In this document: positions 25,777 to 38,894 of the stretch, one piece after another
Position numbering within the stretch: the stretch's first letter is position 1
How the letters are laid out: every line of letters starts with the position of its first letter
NCBI GenBank assembly: GCA_043228905.1
Contig: JBHGNT010000016.1
Coordinates: 16,492,001-16,556,000, forward strand
DNA: 64,000 nt
Direction: 5' to 3'
From: Azolla caroliniana
Lineage: Eukaryota; Plantae; Polypodiophyta
The notes under the pieces: generated by a model
What the model saw: only the letters and a program-made list of their open reading frames with translations
Told to the model about the DNA's origin: nothing
Database searches by the model: none
Program-made: the position numbers and the translations under genes

Positions 25777-26025
25777 CCGGATGGTGCAGGCCCAGTATGA
25801 ACCGGATGAGGAGTACTCGGCTACGGAGAGCCGGATGGTACAGGCCTGGTATGAACCGGATGAGGAGTACTCGGCTATGGAGAACCGGATGGTGCAGGCC
25901 CGGTATGAACCGGATGAGGAGTACTCGGCTACGGAGAGCCGGATGGTGCAGGCCCGGTATGAACCGGATGAGGAGTACTCGGCTACGGAGAGCCGGATGG
26001 TAAAGGCCCGGTATGAACCGGATGA
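25777..26025 (+). repeat. 54-bp tandem array in U3 of the C 5' LTR (4 full units plus a partial)
   Basis: Unit CCGGATGGTGCAGGCCCGGTATGAACCGGATGAGGAGTACTCGGCTACGGAGAG. Confidence 0.95.
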
Positions 26026-26518
26026 AGAGACATATTCGTAAATATGTTTCTGAGAGCCCATCGAGGCTACGTTTTTGTAAATAGCCGAAAAGTCATATTA
26101 GTATAAATGTGACTTAGGGCAAACTTTTAGAAATAGTTGTTGTTGTTGTCATTCTTCCTTGTTGGTGCAAGAAGAAGAGAGAGTGCGTAACTGTACAGAG
26201 AGAGAGAGACGAGGTCGTTGCCTCTGTTGTAACCGCCGCCTGTGGCGAAGAGCGTGAGTCCGAGGTCGTTGCCTCCGTGAACTCACTGTCTTGTACATTC
26301 ATACATAGTGACAGTTTGCAGCCTGTGGGCTGTCGTGGTTTTTCCCTTAGTTTGGGGGTTTTTCCACGTAAACCTCCTGTGTACCATTTCTCTTCTCTGT
26401 GTCGTGTTTTATTTCCTGTTTTTCTGTGTATGAAAAGAAACTTGGTTGTGGCCGAGCGTTGCGCATAAGGAGCTAGGAGTTCCCGTCAAGTGGTATCAGA
26501 GCGAAATCGACACAGAAA

Positions 26519-29500
26519 ATGGACGAATCGTTTGGCGGCATGTTCAAGCTCACCGGCTCCAACTATTCAGTGTGGAAGTCGAAGATGAGGGACATGCTCG
26601 TGGTTAAAGACCTCTGGCTGCCGGTTCAGTTCGGGGACAAGAGACCAGACAAAATCAACGCCGCGATATGGGAGGTGATGCACATGAAGACAACGGCATA
26701 CATACGGTGCTTCATCGACATGAGCCTGTACAACAACTTCAATGAAGAGAGCAAGGCTCATGAGCTCTGGAAGAAGATCGGCATAATGTTCCAGAACAAA
26801 AATGTTGTCAATCAGGTGTCGGTATTCCAGAAGCTAGTAAGACTCTGGTACCAAGATGGCTCCAGCATGGCGGAGCACATGAATGCCTTCCAAGGGCTGA
26901 TACACCAGGCAACGTCATTGGAAGTACCTCTTGCCGACGAGGTACTAGCGCTACTCCTGCTCGGTTCCCTCCCGGATAGCTGGGAGACGTTGGTTGTCAC
27001 TTTGGGCAACGCTGGGCCGGAAGGAAAACAGTTATCCCTAGCAAGAGTAAAGTCGAGCTTGCTAGATGAGGAGGCGCGTCGGAAAGACAAAGACACGAGC
27101 TCCGACTCCAAAGCGCTCCTTACCAAATCGGAACGCGGAAGACATAGAAACCGTAGTCCCCAGAACCGGGAGAAGTCGGGGACACGGTCAAAGTCAAGGG
27201 GGAGGCCTACTTGCTTCTATTGCGGCAAGCCATGACACTTCCAAAAGAACTGTCGGCATTTCCGTAAAGACAAGGAAACCGACGGTACCGATTCGAAGCA
27301 AACCCCGGACCGGAAAACGGAAAAGACCGGAGGGGGCCGGACCGGAAGGGAACAACAGCTATCGCGGCAAGTGAAGAAGAGTTGATGCTCATCACCGAGG
27401 AGAGTGAAATAAACCTTGCCGGTGACGAGATGACCTGGGTGGTAGACTCCGGAGCATCGTTCCACCTTACCACGGACCGGAAATGCTTCGCATCCTACTC
27501 AGTCGGTGACCACGGCTGTGTCCGGATGGGGAATGAAGGTACATGTCGAATTGTCGGCATAGGAGACGTGTGGCTAACAACACCAACCAGATGCAAGTTG
27601 CTGCTAAAGGATGTCCGACACGTTCCGGAAGTTCGTCTTAACCTGATATCAGCCGGTCGGCTAGATGATGAAGGCTACACGGGTAGCATCCGGAACGGTG
27701 TCATGAAGTTCAACAAAGGGAGCCTGATTGTGGCTCGGGCCCGAAAGGTAAACACGTTGTACCAGATGAATGCCCGGTTATGTCCGGAAGAAGTGAACGT
27801 GGCATCCGACACTGCCGGTGAGCTGTGGCACAAGAGGCTGTGTCATATGAGCGAGAAGGGGATGAAGAGGCTTGCAGACGACAACCTCATTCCAGTGAAG
27901 AACGTGCACTTAGAGAAGTGCACTGATTGTCTGGCCGGTAAGCAGAACCGGACCTCCTTCCGACCAAGGCCACCGATGAGACGTAATGCACCACTGGAGT
28001 TGGTGCATACGGATGTGTGTCAAGTAGACAAGAAGTCACATGCCGGAGCGCAGTACTTCGTGACGTTCATAGATGACCACAGCCGGAAGCTGTGGGCTAC
28101 ACCGCTGAAGACGAAGGATCAGGCGTTATCCGTCTTCAAAGAGCTCCACGCGAGAGTGGAAAGAGAAACCGGCCGGAAGCTGAAGGCGGTTCGAGCAGAC
28201 AACGGAGGAGAATACTGGGGGCAGTTTGAGGAGTACTGCCGCCCGAAGGGAATCCGGCTCGAATTTACCGTGCCGAAGACGCCGGAACTAAACGGACTAG
28301 CCGAGAAGATGAACCGGACCATAATGGAGAGGGTCCAGAGTATGCTAGCGCATGCTAAACTACCCAAGAAGTTTTGGGCTGAGGCACTATCGACGGCGAC
28401 ATACGTGATAAATAGATCACCCTTAGTACCCTTGGACGAAGACACGCCACAGAGAGTGTGGACCGGTAAGGAAGTATCCTACCGGCATCTGAAGGTGTTC
28501 GGGTGTCTCGCTTACGTGCATGTAGCTAAGGACCGGAGAGGTAAGTTAGATCCAAAGACCCGTCCATGCAAATTCCTCGGTTACGGTAACGATGAGTTCG
28601 GCTACCGAGTGTGGGACCCGGTCGACAAGAAGGTATTCTGGAGTCGAGATATTATCTTCATGGAGGACAAGACGCTCGCCGACTGGGAGTCGGAGAAGAA
28701 GATGATGAACTCCGAGTCGACCGGTAAGGATAGACTCTACGATGAGCAGACCCAACCGGCAAGAGACCGGCTAGCACTCGAGGAACCAGCCGGTTACGGT
28801 GAGGATACCAAACCGGCAGAAGAAGAAGTAGAAGAAGCTGAGACCGAAACCGGTCAAGACCCCGAATCGGATTCGGATGAAGAGCAAATGGAGGAGCCGG
28901 TTACCGAAGCCCGAAGACATAGATATCCTCTCAGAGAGAAAGGGCCTCCCGGAGATTTCCGGATGCAGAGCATGTTCTGCTGACCGATGAGGGAGAGCCG
29001 GAAAGCTTCGAAGAAGCGAAGGAAGACACCCACAGTCAAAAATGGTTAAGTGCCATGCAGGATGAGATGGATTCCCTGCATGAGAACCATACGTACGAAT
29101 TGGTGGAGCTGCCGAAAGGAAAGCGGGCACTCCGAAACAAGTGGGTGTACAAGTTGAAACCGGGAGATGCCGGCAACCCCCCGAGATACAAAGCCAGGAT
29201 CGTGGTGAAGGGGTTCCAGCAGAAGAAGGGTGTGGACTTCGACGAGATATTTGCCCCGGTAGTAAAGATGACCTCCATCCGGACGGTGCTGAGTATAGCA
29301 GCAAGCATGGACCTCGAGGTAGAGCAGCTGGACGTGAAGACGGCATTCCTCCACGGCGACCTCGAAGAGGAGATCTACATGAAGCAACCGGAAGGATTTG
29401 TGGAGAAAGGGAAGGAGCACCTGGTATGCCGGTTAAAGAAGAGCCTGTACGGACTAAAGCAGGCTCCCCGGCAATGGTACCGGAAGTTCGACTCCTTCAT

Positions 29501-30566
29501 AACCGATCAAGAGTACCACAAGACGCAGGCCGATCACTGCGTGTTTGTGAAGAAGTTCGAAGGAGGGGACTTCCTGATACTCCTCCTGTACGTGGATGAC
29601 ATGTTGATCGTCGGACGAGACCAAGGCAAAATACGGATGCTGAAGAAGGCTCGCAACCGGACCTTCTCAATGAAAGACTTGGGTCTGGCAAGACAGATGT
29701 TGGGGATGCACATCATTCGGGACCGGTCAGTGAAGCAATTATGGCTGTCACAGGAGAAGTATGTGACAAAGGTGCTTCACCGGTTCAACATGTCAGAAGC
29801 AAAACCGGTCGGATCGACACTTCCGGCAAACTGCAAGCTGTCTGGTAACCAAAGCCCGAAGACGAAAGCAGAGAAGGCTGATATGATGAAGATTCCATAT
29901 GCCTCTGCCGTCGGGAGCTTGATGTACGCAATGGTCTGTACTCGACCGGACATTGGATACGCAGTCGGAGTGGTGAGCCGGTTTATGAGCAATCCCGGCA
30001 AAGAGCACTGGAACGCGGTCAAGTGGATACTCCGGTATTTGAAGGGCACTTCCAATATGTGTCTCCGATTCGGCTCAGGAAAACCTCAACTGGACGGTTT
30101 CACCGATTCGGACATGTCGGCTGATGTGGATACCTGCCGGTATACATCCGGGTATGTGTTGACATATGCAGGGGGAGCTGTTTCGTGGCAGTCGAGGCCG
30201 CAGAAGACAGTTGCATTGTCAACCACAGAGGCGGAGTACATGGTGGCTGTGGAAGCCGGCAAGGAAATTTTATGGATGAAGGACTTCATCGGAGAGCTCG
30301 GTATACGGCAAGAGGAATACCGACTCTACTGCGACAGTCAAAGTGCCATCCACCTTGCTAAAAATGCAGCCTACCATTCCCGGACGAAGCATATCCAGCG
30401 GAGGTATCACTGGATCCGGGAAAGAGTAGATGACCAGGAGTTCGCACTGACGAAGATCCACACGGCCGAGAACGGGTCAGATATGCTGACCAAAGTGCTG
30501 ACACCCGACAAGCTGGATGCATGCCGGAAGAGAATCGAACTGGTAAGACACCCCATGCCGGAGTGA
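26519..30566 (+). pseudogene. Copia C gag-pol polyprotein (stop at 27233, frameshifts near 27300-27360 and 28960)
   Basis: gag, CFYCGKP*HFQKNC, WVVDSGASFH, INT HTDVC/RADNGGEY, RT YVDDML, RNase H FTDSD...TKHI. Confidence 0.93.
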
Positions 30567-30636
30567 AGGGGGAGTTTGTTGGGAGACAGGTCCCTCCGGA
30601 TGGGAAGGGAGAAGATCACTGCCGATACGGTATGAA

Positions 30637-30939
30637 CCGGATGGTGCAGGCCCGGAATGAACCGGATGAGGAGTACTCGGCTACGGAGAGCCGAATGGTA
30701 CAGGCCCGGTATGAACCGGATGAGGAGTACTCGGCTACGGAGAGCCGGATGGTGCAGGCCCGGTATGAACCGGATGAGGAGTACTCGGCTACGGAGAGCC
30801 GGATGGTGCAGGCACGGTATGAACCGGATGAGGAGTACTCGGCTACGGAGAGCCGAATGGTACAGGCCCGGTATGAACCGAATGAGGAGTACTCGGCTAC
30901 GGAGAGCCGGATGGTATAGGCCCGGTATGAACCGGATGA
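30637..30939 (+). repeat. 54-bp tandem array in U3 of the C 3' LTR (5 full units plus a partial)
   Basis: Same unit; the 3' LTR is exactly 54 bp longer than the 5' LTR (826 vs 772). Confidence 0.95.
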
Positions 30940-33692
30940 AGAGACATATTCGTAAATATGTTTCTGAGAGCCCATCGAGGCTACTTTTTTGTAAATAGCC
31001 GAAAAGTCATATTAGTATAAATGTGACTTAGGGCAAACTTTTAGAAATAGTTGTTGTTGTTGTCATTCTTCCTTGTTGGTGCAAGAAGAAGAGAGAGTGC
31101 GTAACTGTACAGAGAGAGAGAGACGAGGTCGTTGCCTCTGTTGTAACCGCCGCCTATGGCGAAGAGCGTGAGTCCGAGGTCGTTGCCTCCGTGAACTCAC
31201 TGTCTTGTACATTCATACATAGTGACAGTTTGCAGCCTATGGGCTGCCGTGGTTTTTCCCTTAGTTTGGGGGTTTTTCCACGTAAACCTCCTGTGTACCA
31301 TTTCTCTTCTCTGTGTCGTGTTTTATTTCCCGTTTTTCTATGTATGAAAAGAAACTCGGTTGTGGTCGAGTGTTGCGCATAAGGAGCTAGGAGTTCCCGT
31401 CACACGGTCGATTGGGGCGCCATTATGGGACCGGCGTTACGTGAAGGCTTGCACGCATATCAAGGCGGAAAAAAGCTAAGGCCTATCATACAACAGTATC
31501 TGACGATACTATTCCCACCTTGAGGTCTGCCGGCACCACAGCTCAGCAAACCCACACCGCCGCCACACTCCGCGAAGCGAAGGTTAGTGGAGTTGGCCAA
31601 CACAAAGTGGGAGGATGAACCCCAATCCGCCCAGCCCAACACGCGAACAACACAGGAAGAGCAGGCGGAGCGCAACGAGGAAGCTGCACAGGAGCCAGAA
31701 GCCGAGCCAAGTCAAGGGACCCTAGGCCAAAACGCCAACGGCTGGACAAGAAAGATGGGCACGGATTAGTTAAAGACACACTCACGGCCACAGAGACGAC
31801 AACCGTGGTCAACAGCCTCGTAACTACGGAGCCCAACACCACCTTCGAAATAATCCGGGAACCATGGCCGATCATTACAGCCCAGTCAAAGTGGGGGAAG
31901 GGCGTATTTACGATGGAAAGCGAGGTCCTGGCATGTCCGGACATTCCGGACACAGCCCATGAGTTCGACGCACTATTACAGTTCGGAACTACTTTTGAAC
32001 TCATGGAATTTTTGGCATCACAACAAATAAAAGTCTCACAATGAATGGTCGAGGAACACGCAGAGCGCCAAATGATTGAGCGCACGCTAACACAAACGGC
32101 GGAAAGCGATGATGAGGAGCAGTTAGCTAGAGTCGGCAGACAGCGGAATGCCAATATACGCCGAATGGGGATGGAACTACCCCCATTAAACGCGGCCCTT
32201 GTCGAAGTTCATAGGGAACTGGCGAAGGTCAGTATGGGCGCCAAGGATATGGTGATTAAAAACAAAAATGTGTGGAAGACTGTTAAATGGACCCAAGTCG
32301 AGTTACAAAAGGCCAACGCACGCATTGCGGAGTTGGAACGTAACGCAACTACGGCACAGTAGGCAGCTGAACCAACAGTCAACGCTGTCGAGACCTTGAG
32401 AGAAGAAATTGAGGCCCAGACCACCATTGCCTCAAAAGAAAAACGGGTCGTGCAACTGGCGGAATCAGAGATTGACGATCTCAGCTCCAAACTTCGCCAG
32501 TCCTCGGATGGAGAAAAGGATATCCGGGCCAACGGCCAAAAGGTAGTGAGGACCCTTGAAGAGAAACTCGCAGCGGAGGCAGCACAGCACACTCGGACGA
32601 AGGAAGAAAACACCCAAATACGAAAGGAAACGAAAAAATCGAAAACAGCGATTGTGGGACTCTAGGCCTTATTGGAGAAGAAAAAAGTATGGTTTGACGA
32701 GCAGCTTCTAGGGGAACAAGAGAGAAGGCACCAGCTCGAAATCCACCTGAACAATGAAATGGGAAAGCTGGAAGAATTACATTCAAAGAAATCTCAGCTA
32801 TGGGCAGGAATGAGGAGCACTTATGAAGAAGCGACGGCGGTTAGTAAACAAGAAATCGAAAACCTCAAGAAAACCGTAGAAGAAGCATGCAACCGTTGCC
32901 AAGCAATAACCGATGATGTGCGCATACTTCTTCAAACAAATCGGGAGAGATTTACGGTGCAATTAAAACCGGTGCTAGACAAAGGCTGGATGGCATGGGC
33001 CGCACAAGCGGCGGAATTGCATACATACCGGACAGACTGGGAGAACTGAAGGAAAGACGGCCGAGGGTTCTACAAACTCAATGAAGAAAGCATTGCGGTC
33101 GTACGCGAGGACCTAGCGCAGGACTATCGCACGCTAGAGGACCAACACTCTGAGGAACTCGCGTAGCTACTAGACGATTTTGGCGAAAGTCAGGAGGACC
33201 TATTTCACCAGATCGTGCAAGCCGGAAGCACGCGAACAAAAGAGGAATCCATCGCGATACCAATCCCCGATACTGCCGACCAAGAGGAACCTCAACCCAT
33301 GTCATCGAAAATAACCACTCCAGTGGACAACACGGAACGGCAAGTGGAGCCCCCCGCGACACTAGAAAGCGAAACCACCATCCAATAGGAACCCCAGCCC
33401 CATTCACCAGGGCGTACGACTACGGCCGACACCTCAAAGGAAGTTACGAACGAGACAGAACCTCGACCTACCGCAAGCCCGCCGACGCCGGAACCAACCA
33501 CAATAGCACAAGATGAGCCCGCAGAGCCCGGACCGCCCACACAAGAAACCAACGACACCAGGGGAAGTCCTACCCATCAAGTAATGGAACCACGCAACGA
33601 CGCGCCTACGGACATACGCTATCCCCGAACCCGGACACCCGAGCAGAACCAAACATCAGGGACATTTTGGAGGAAGATTAAAGGGGTGGGTC

Positions 33693-34201
33693 TGACGTGC
33701 CATGGCACTGTCCCACAGGCATGCCAGGTGTTGTCCGCCGGAATAGTAACCGACGGACAGGGAGCGCAGAAATATAGAATATAGTATAAACCTAACGCAT
33801 GTAAACGGTTCACGCGGGAAGCGTGAACAGCTAAAAGACCATGTGTATATAAAGGGCAGAAATCCTCTGATACAGGTAGCGTGTAAATCTATGGTAAATC
33901 TTAATAGAGTTTTATCTTCTTTGATCACTTGCGCAAATCTATGGTTAATCTACTGTGTGTCTGTGATTCTTGGTGGCGTACTGTAAGCACTATAATCGTA
34001 AGAAACGTAGGCGTGAGTGCGAGTGTTGTGACTAGAGCACTGTCTAGGGAGTTCGGTTGTAGTCATCTCTCTTATACGCTACTAGGATATGGAGAGTTAT
34101 CTCGTTACGTATTACGGTATGACGGTACCATTCGTGGCAACGCAATCACCTTGAGGTCTAGGTCAAAGGACTGACTGAAGACCGTGTTCCTAATCGGTAA
34201 C
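33693..34201 (+). repeat. 3' LTR of Gypsy E
   Basis: Starts TGACGTGCC after a purine tract; its 3' ~300 bp match 18078-18383. Confidence 0.85.
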
Positions 34202-34820
34202 TGTTGGGATTTCGGTCCCTCCGGATGGGATGTCCGGGGATGAATGACAGCAAGCCCGGTTGCGGTTACGGAGCCGGATGATGAAGACCCCGGTTACGGA
34301 GCCGGATGACGAATGTACCCGGAGAGAGATCCGGATGCGGAGACATATTTGGGAATATGTTTGCCAAGAGCCCTTGAGGCTATATTTGTAAATAGCCCGA
34401 AAGTCATATGTGTATAAATATGACTTAGGGCAAATAGTTAAGTTGTTGTTGCTCATTTTCTGTTTTCCACTAAGAGGGAGCGAAGTGAGAGCAGCCGAGA
34501 GAGAGTGAGAGAGAAGGAGGAAGGAAGAGGTCGACGCCTCTGTGTAATACCGCCACCTGTGGCGTGGACAGCGAGCTCAAGGTCGTCGCCTTGCAGCTCG
34601 CCATTGTACATTCCCGCGTATAGTGATAGTTGGAGTCTTGCACTCCCGTGGTTTTTTCCCACTTAGGGTTTTCCACGTAAAACATCCAGTGTGCCCCTCT
34701 CTCTATTGTTTTTTCGTGCATTGTTGAATTTCCCGTTTTCTGTGAATCGATCCTGTTCCTCGGTTGTGGCTGAGCTCGGAATTCCGACAAAGTGGTATCA
34801 GAGCGACGGTAACACAGAAA

Positions 34821-37800
34821 ATGGAAGGCGGCAGCAGCGGGCAGCCGGGGATGATGGTGCTGAATGCGCAGAACTACGCCGACTGGAAGATAAAGATGGA
34901 GGATCTGCTCATTGTTCGGGACCTGTATGAACCGATCGACAGGTCGGAAATACCCAAGGGGGTACTTGAGACGGAGTGGAGGCTTCTGAACCGGAAAGCC
35001 GTTGCAACCATTCGGCAATACGTCGACGTGAGCGTTCTACAACACGTGGCGAATGACACCAACGCATATGAGATGTGGAGGAAGCTGTCGGGCCTCTATG
35101 AGAGGAAGAATGCGTTGAACCGGACCTCCCTGATGAGAAAGATAGTGAACCTCAAGTACCGGGACGGCGAGAGTATGGTGGAACACGTAAGCACGTTCAT
35201 GGGATTCGTGAACCAGCTTGCGGCGATCAAGTTCCCGTTGGAGGATGCAATGCAAGCCATCATCCTGATGTGTACATTGCCGGACAGCTGGGAGAACTTG
35301 GTGGTGACTCTCAGCACCTCCTGCGCCAAAGATAACTTGTCCCTACAAACGGTAAAGACAAGTATTTTGAACGAAGAAGCGCGTCGGAGAGATAAAGAAC
35401 CGGTCTCCGACTCGAAGGCGCTGCTTACCGAATCGGAACGGGGAAGACAATGGAACCGGAGTCCGCAAAGACGGGAGAAGTCGGGGACCCGGTCGCAGTC
35501 AAGAGGAAGACCCACATGCTTCCACTGTGGGAAGCCGGGGCACTTCCGGAAGAATTGTCGGCATTACCGAAAAGACAACAGAGCCGACGACACCGATTCG
35601 AAGAAGTCACCGGAGAGAAACGGTGCATACCGGGGAGCCACGGACCGGAGAGGTCCGGATCGGCGAGGGCAAGACCGGAAAGGAACGACGGCACTCGCGG
35701 CAAGTGAAGAGGAGATCATGCTCATCACCGAAGAAGGTGATCTAAACATTGCCGGCGATGAGACTACCTGGGTGGTCGATTCCGGAGCGTCGTTCCACCT
35801 GACCCCGGAAAGCAGATACTTCTCATCCTACACAGCCGGTGAACATGGCTGTGTTCAGATGGGAAATGAAGGTACGTGCCGGATTGCCGGCATAGGAGAC
35901 GTATGGTTGACAACCCCGACCGGATGCAAAATGCTGCTGAAGGTTGTCCGACACGTTCCGGAGGTTCGATTGAACCTGATTTCGGCCGGGAGGCTAGACG
36001 ATGAAGGCTACACAGGTAGCATCCGGAACGGCGTAATGAAGTTCAGCAAGGGAAGCCTGATAGTGGCTCGGGCCCGGAAAATCAACACACTGTACCTTAT
36101 GAATGCCTGGTTGTGTCCGGAAGAGCTGAATGTGGCAGCCGACACTACCGGTGAGCTGTGGCACAAAAGACTGTGCCACATGAGTGAGAAGGGGATGAAG
36201 AGGCTTGCAGAAGACAACCTTATTCCAGTAAAGCATGTGCACCTGGAGAAGTGCACCGATTGCCTGGCCGGTAAGCAGAACCGAACCTCCTTCCACTCAA
36301 GGCCACCGACGAGACGTAGCGCACCATTGGAGTTGGTGCACACGGATGTGTGTCAGGTAGAAACGAAGTCACATGGCGGAGCCCAGTACATCGTGACTTT
36401 CATTGATGATCACAGCCGGAAGCTGTGGACGGCGCCGTTGAAGACAAAGGACCAAGTGTTGTCCGTCTTCAAAGAATTCCACGCGAGAGTGGAAAGGGAA
36501 TCCGGCAAGAAGCTGAAAGCGATACGAGCGGATAACGGAGGGGAATACCGGGGGCAGTTCCAGGAGTACTGTCGCTCGAAGGGAATCCGGCTCGAGTTTA
36601 CTGTGCCGAAGACGCCGGAACTAAACGGGCTGGCCGAGAGGATGAACCGGACCATAATGGAGAGGGTCCGGAGTATGTTGGCGCATGCGAAATTACCCAA
36701 GGGGTTTTGGGCTGAGGCAATGTCGACGGCGACATACGTGATAAACAGATCACCCTCAGTACCTTTGGACGGAGACACACCGCAGAAAGTGTGGACCGGT
36801 AAGGAAGTGTCCTACCGGCATCTGAAGGTGTTCGGGTGTCTCGCATACGTGCATGTGGCAAAGGACCGGAGAGGAAAGCTAGATCCAAAGACCCGGCCAT
36901 GCATATTCCTCGGTTACGGCGACGACGAGTTCGGCTACCGAGTATGGGACCCGGTCGACAAGAAGATATTCAGGAGTCGAGACATCATCTTCATGGAGGA
37001 CAAGACACTCGCCGACTGGGAGTCGGAGAAGAAGATGAAGAGCTCCAAGTCGACCGGTGAGGATCAACTCTACGAGGAGCAGTCCCGACCGGCAAGGGAC
37101 CGGTTAACACTCGAGGATCCGGCCGAAGACTATGAAGAAACAGAACCGGCCGAAGAAGATGAAAATGATACCGGAACCGGCCCCGATCCCGAAATGGATT
37201 CGGATGAAGAAGAATCGGAAGAACCGGTTACCGAAGCTCCGGAACGGAGATATCCTCTAAGAGAGAGAAGGACCCCCCGGAGATTTCCGGAACCAGAGCA
37301 CGTGCTGCTAACCGACGAAGGGGAGCCGGAGAGCTTTGAAGAAGCAAAGCATGACACCCAGAGCCGCAGGTGGTTGAGTGCCATGCAGGACGAGATGGAT
37401 TCCCTTCATGAGAACCACACATATGAACTTGTGGAGTTGCCGAAAGGAAAGCGGGCACTTCGAAACAAGTGGGTGTTCAAGCTGAAACCGGGAGATGCCG
37501 GAAACCCCCCGAGATACAAAGCCAGGATCGTGGTGAAGGGGTTTCAGCAGAAGAAGGGCGTCGACTTCGACGAGATATTCGCCCCGGTAGTGAAGATGAC
37601 CTCCATCCGGACGGTGCTGAGCATAGCGGCAAGCATGGACCTCGAGGTAGAACAGATGGACGTGAAGACGACATTCCTTCACGGTGACCTCGAAGAAGAG
37701 ATCTACATGCAGCAACCGGAAGGATTCGAGAAGAAAGGGAAGGAGCACCTGGTATGCCGGTTGAAGAAGAGCCTTTACGGACTGAAGCAGGCTCCCCGGC

Positions 37801-38894
37801 AATGGTACCGGAAGTTCAACTCCTTCATGACCGACGAAGGGTACCACAAAACGCAGTCTGATCACTGCGTGTTTGTGAAGAAGTTCGAAGGAGGAGACTC
37901 TCTAATACTCCTCCTGTACGTGGACGACATGATGATCGTCGGACGGGACCAGGTCAAGATACGGACGTTGAAGAAAGCGCTTCACCGAACCTTCTCAATG
38001 AAGGACCTGGGTCCGGCGAGGCAAATACTAGGGATGCACATCATCCGGGACCGGAAGAAGAAGCAGTTGTGGCTATCACAGGAGAAGTACGTGACGAAGG
38101 TGCTTCACCGGTTCAACATGTCGGAAGCAAGACCGGTCGGGTCAACCCTCCCGGGAAACTGCAAGTTGTCCAGCAAGCAAAGCCCCAAGACAAAGGCTGA
38201 GAAGGAGGACATGATGAAAGTACCATATGCCTCTGCCGTCGGAAGCTTAATGTACGCAATGGTGTGTACAAGACCGGACATAGGATATGCAGTTGGAGTG
38301 GTGAGCCGGTACATGAGCAATCCCGGCAAAGAGCACTGGAACGCAGTCAAGTGGATACTCCGATACCTGAAGGGCACGGCAAACGTGTGCCTCCGATTCG
38401 GCTCCGGTAAGCCCGAATTCGACGGCTTTACCGATTCGGATATGTCGGCTGATGCAGATACCAGTCGGTCCACATCAGGGTATGTGATGACGTAGGCAGG
38501 TGGAGCTGTTTCGTGGCAGTCGAGGTTGCAGAAGACGGTTGCGTTGTCAACCATGGAGGCGGAGTACATGGCGGCTGTTGAAGCCAGCAAGGAAATAATA
38601 TGGATGAAGGACTTCATTAGAGAGCTCGGTATCCAGCAGGAGGAGTACCGACTCTACTGCGACAGTCAGAGTGCCATCCACCTTGCGAAGAACGCGGCTT
38701 ATCACTCCCGGACGAAGCACATCTAGCGAAGATATCACTGGATCCGGGAAAGGATAGAAGACAAGGAGTTCGTGCTGACGAAGGTCCACACGGACGAGAA
38801 CGGGTCGGATATGCTAACCAAGGTGCTCACACCCGACAAGCTGGAAGCATGCCGGAAGAGGATCGGACTGGAGAGACATCCCATGCCGAAGTGA
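34821..38894 (+). CDS. Copia D gag-pol polyprotein, single frame of 1357 codons with two in-frame TAG codons in RNase H (38493, 38724)
   Basis: Open from ATG 34821 to 38495 with gag, CFHCGKPGHFRKNC, PR, INT and RT; the same frame continues to TGA at 38894. Confidence 0.93.

Larger units (their letters stand above)
25717..31402 (+). mobile_element. Copia element C, full length, recent
   Basis: LTRs 25717-26488 and 30577-31402; TSD CACGA/CACGG; PBS TGGTATCAGAGC at 26491-26502; PPT GAAGGGGGAG. Confidence 0.95.
25338..33600 (+). pseudogene. Element E additional sense ORF downstream of integrase (25338-25716 joined to 31408-~33600, split by Copia C)
   Basis: Removing Copia C joins ...SIIIDTFEGRT to VDWGAIMG...; followed by long E/K-rich coiled-coil-like frames with scattered stops; homologous to 57500-60235. 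Ends approximate. Confidence 0.7.

Noticed and set aside
25756-26061. Repeat-protein ORFs (RMVQARYEPDEEYSATES and other frames), also 30521-30998
   Set aside because: By-product of a 54-bp (multiple of 3) LTR array that is open in several frames on both strands.
28771-29716. Numerous antisense and alternate-frame ORFs over the pol genes (also 35037-38617 and 51389-53312 plus strand)
   Set aside because: Shadow ORFs expected in GC-rich coding DNA; no independent motifs.
30637-30939. Possible CRISPR array (also 38967-39068)
   Set aside because: Units are head-to-tail with no unique spacers, lie inside LTRs, and there are no cas genes; eukaryotic context.
38493-38495. Programmed stop read-through in D pol
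   Set aside because: C has Tyr at this position, and a second TAG follows; point mutations are the simpler explanation.
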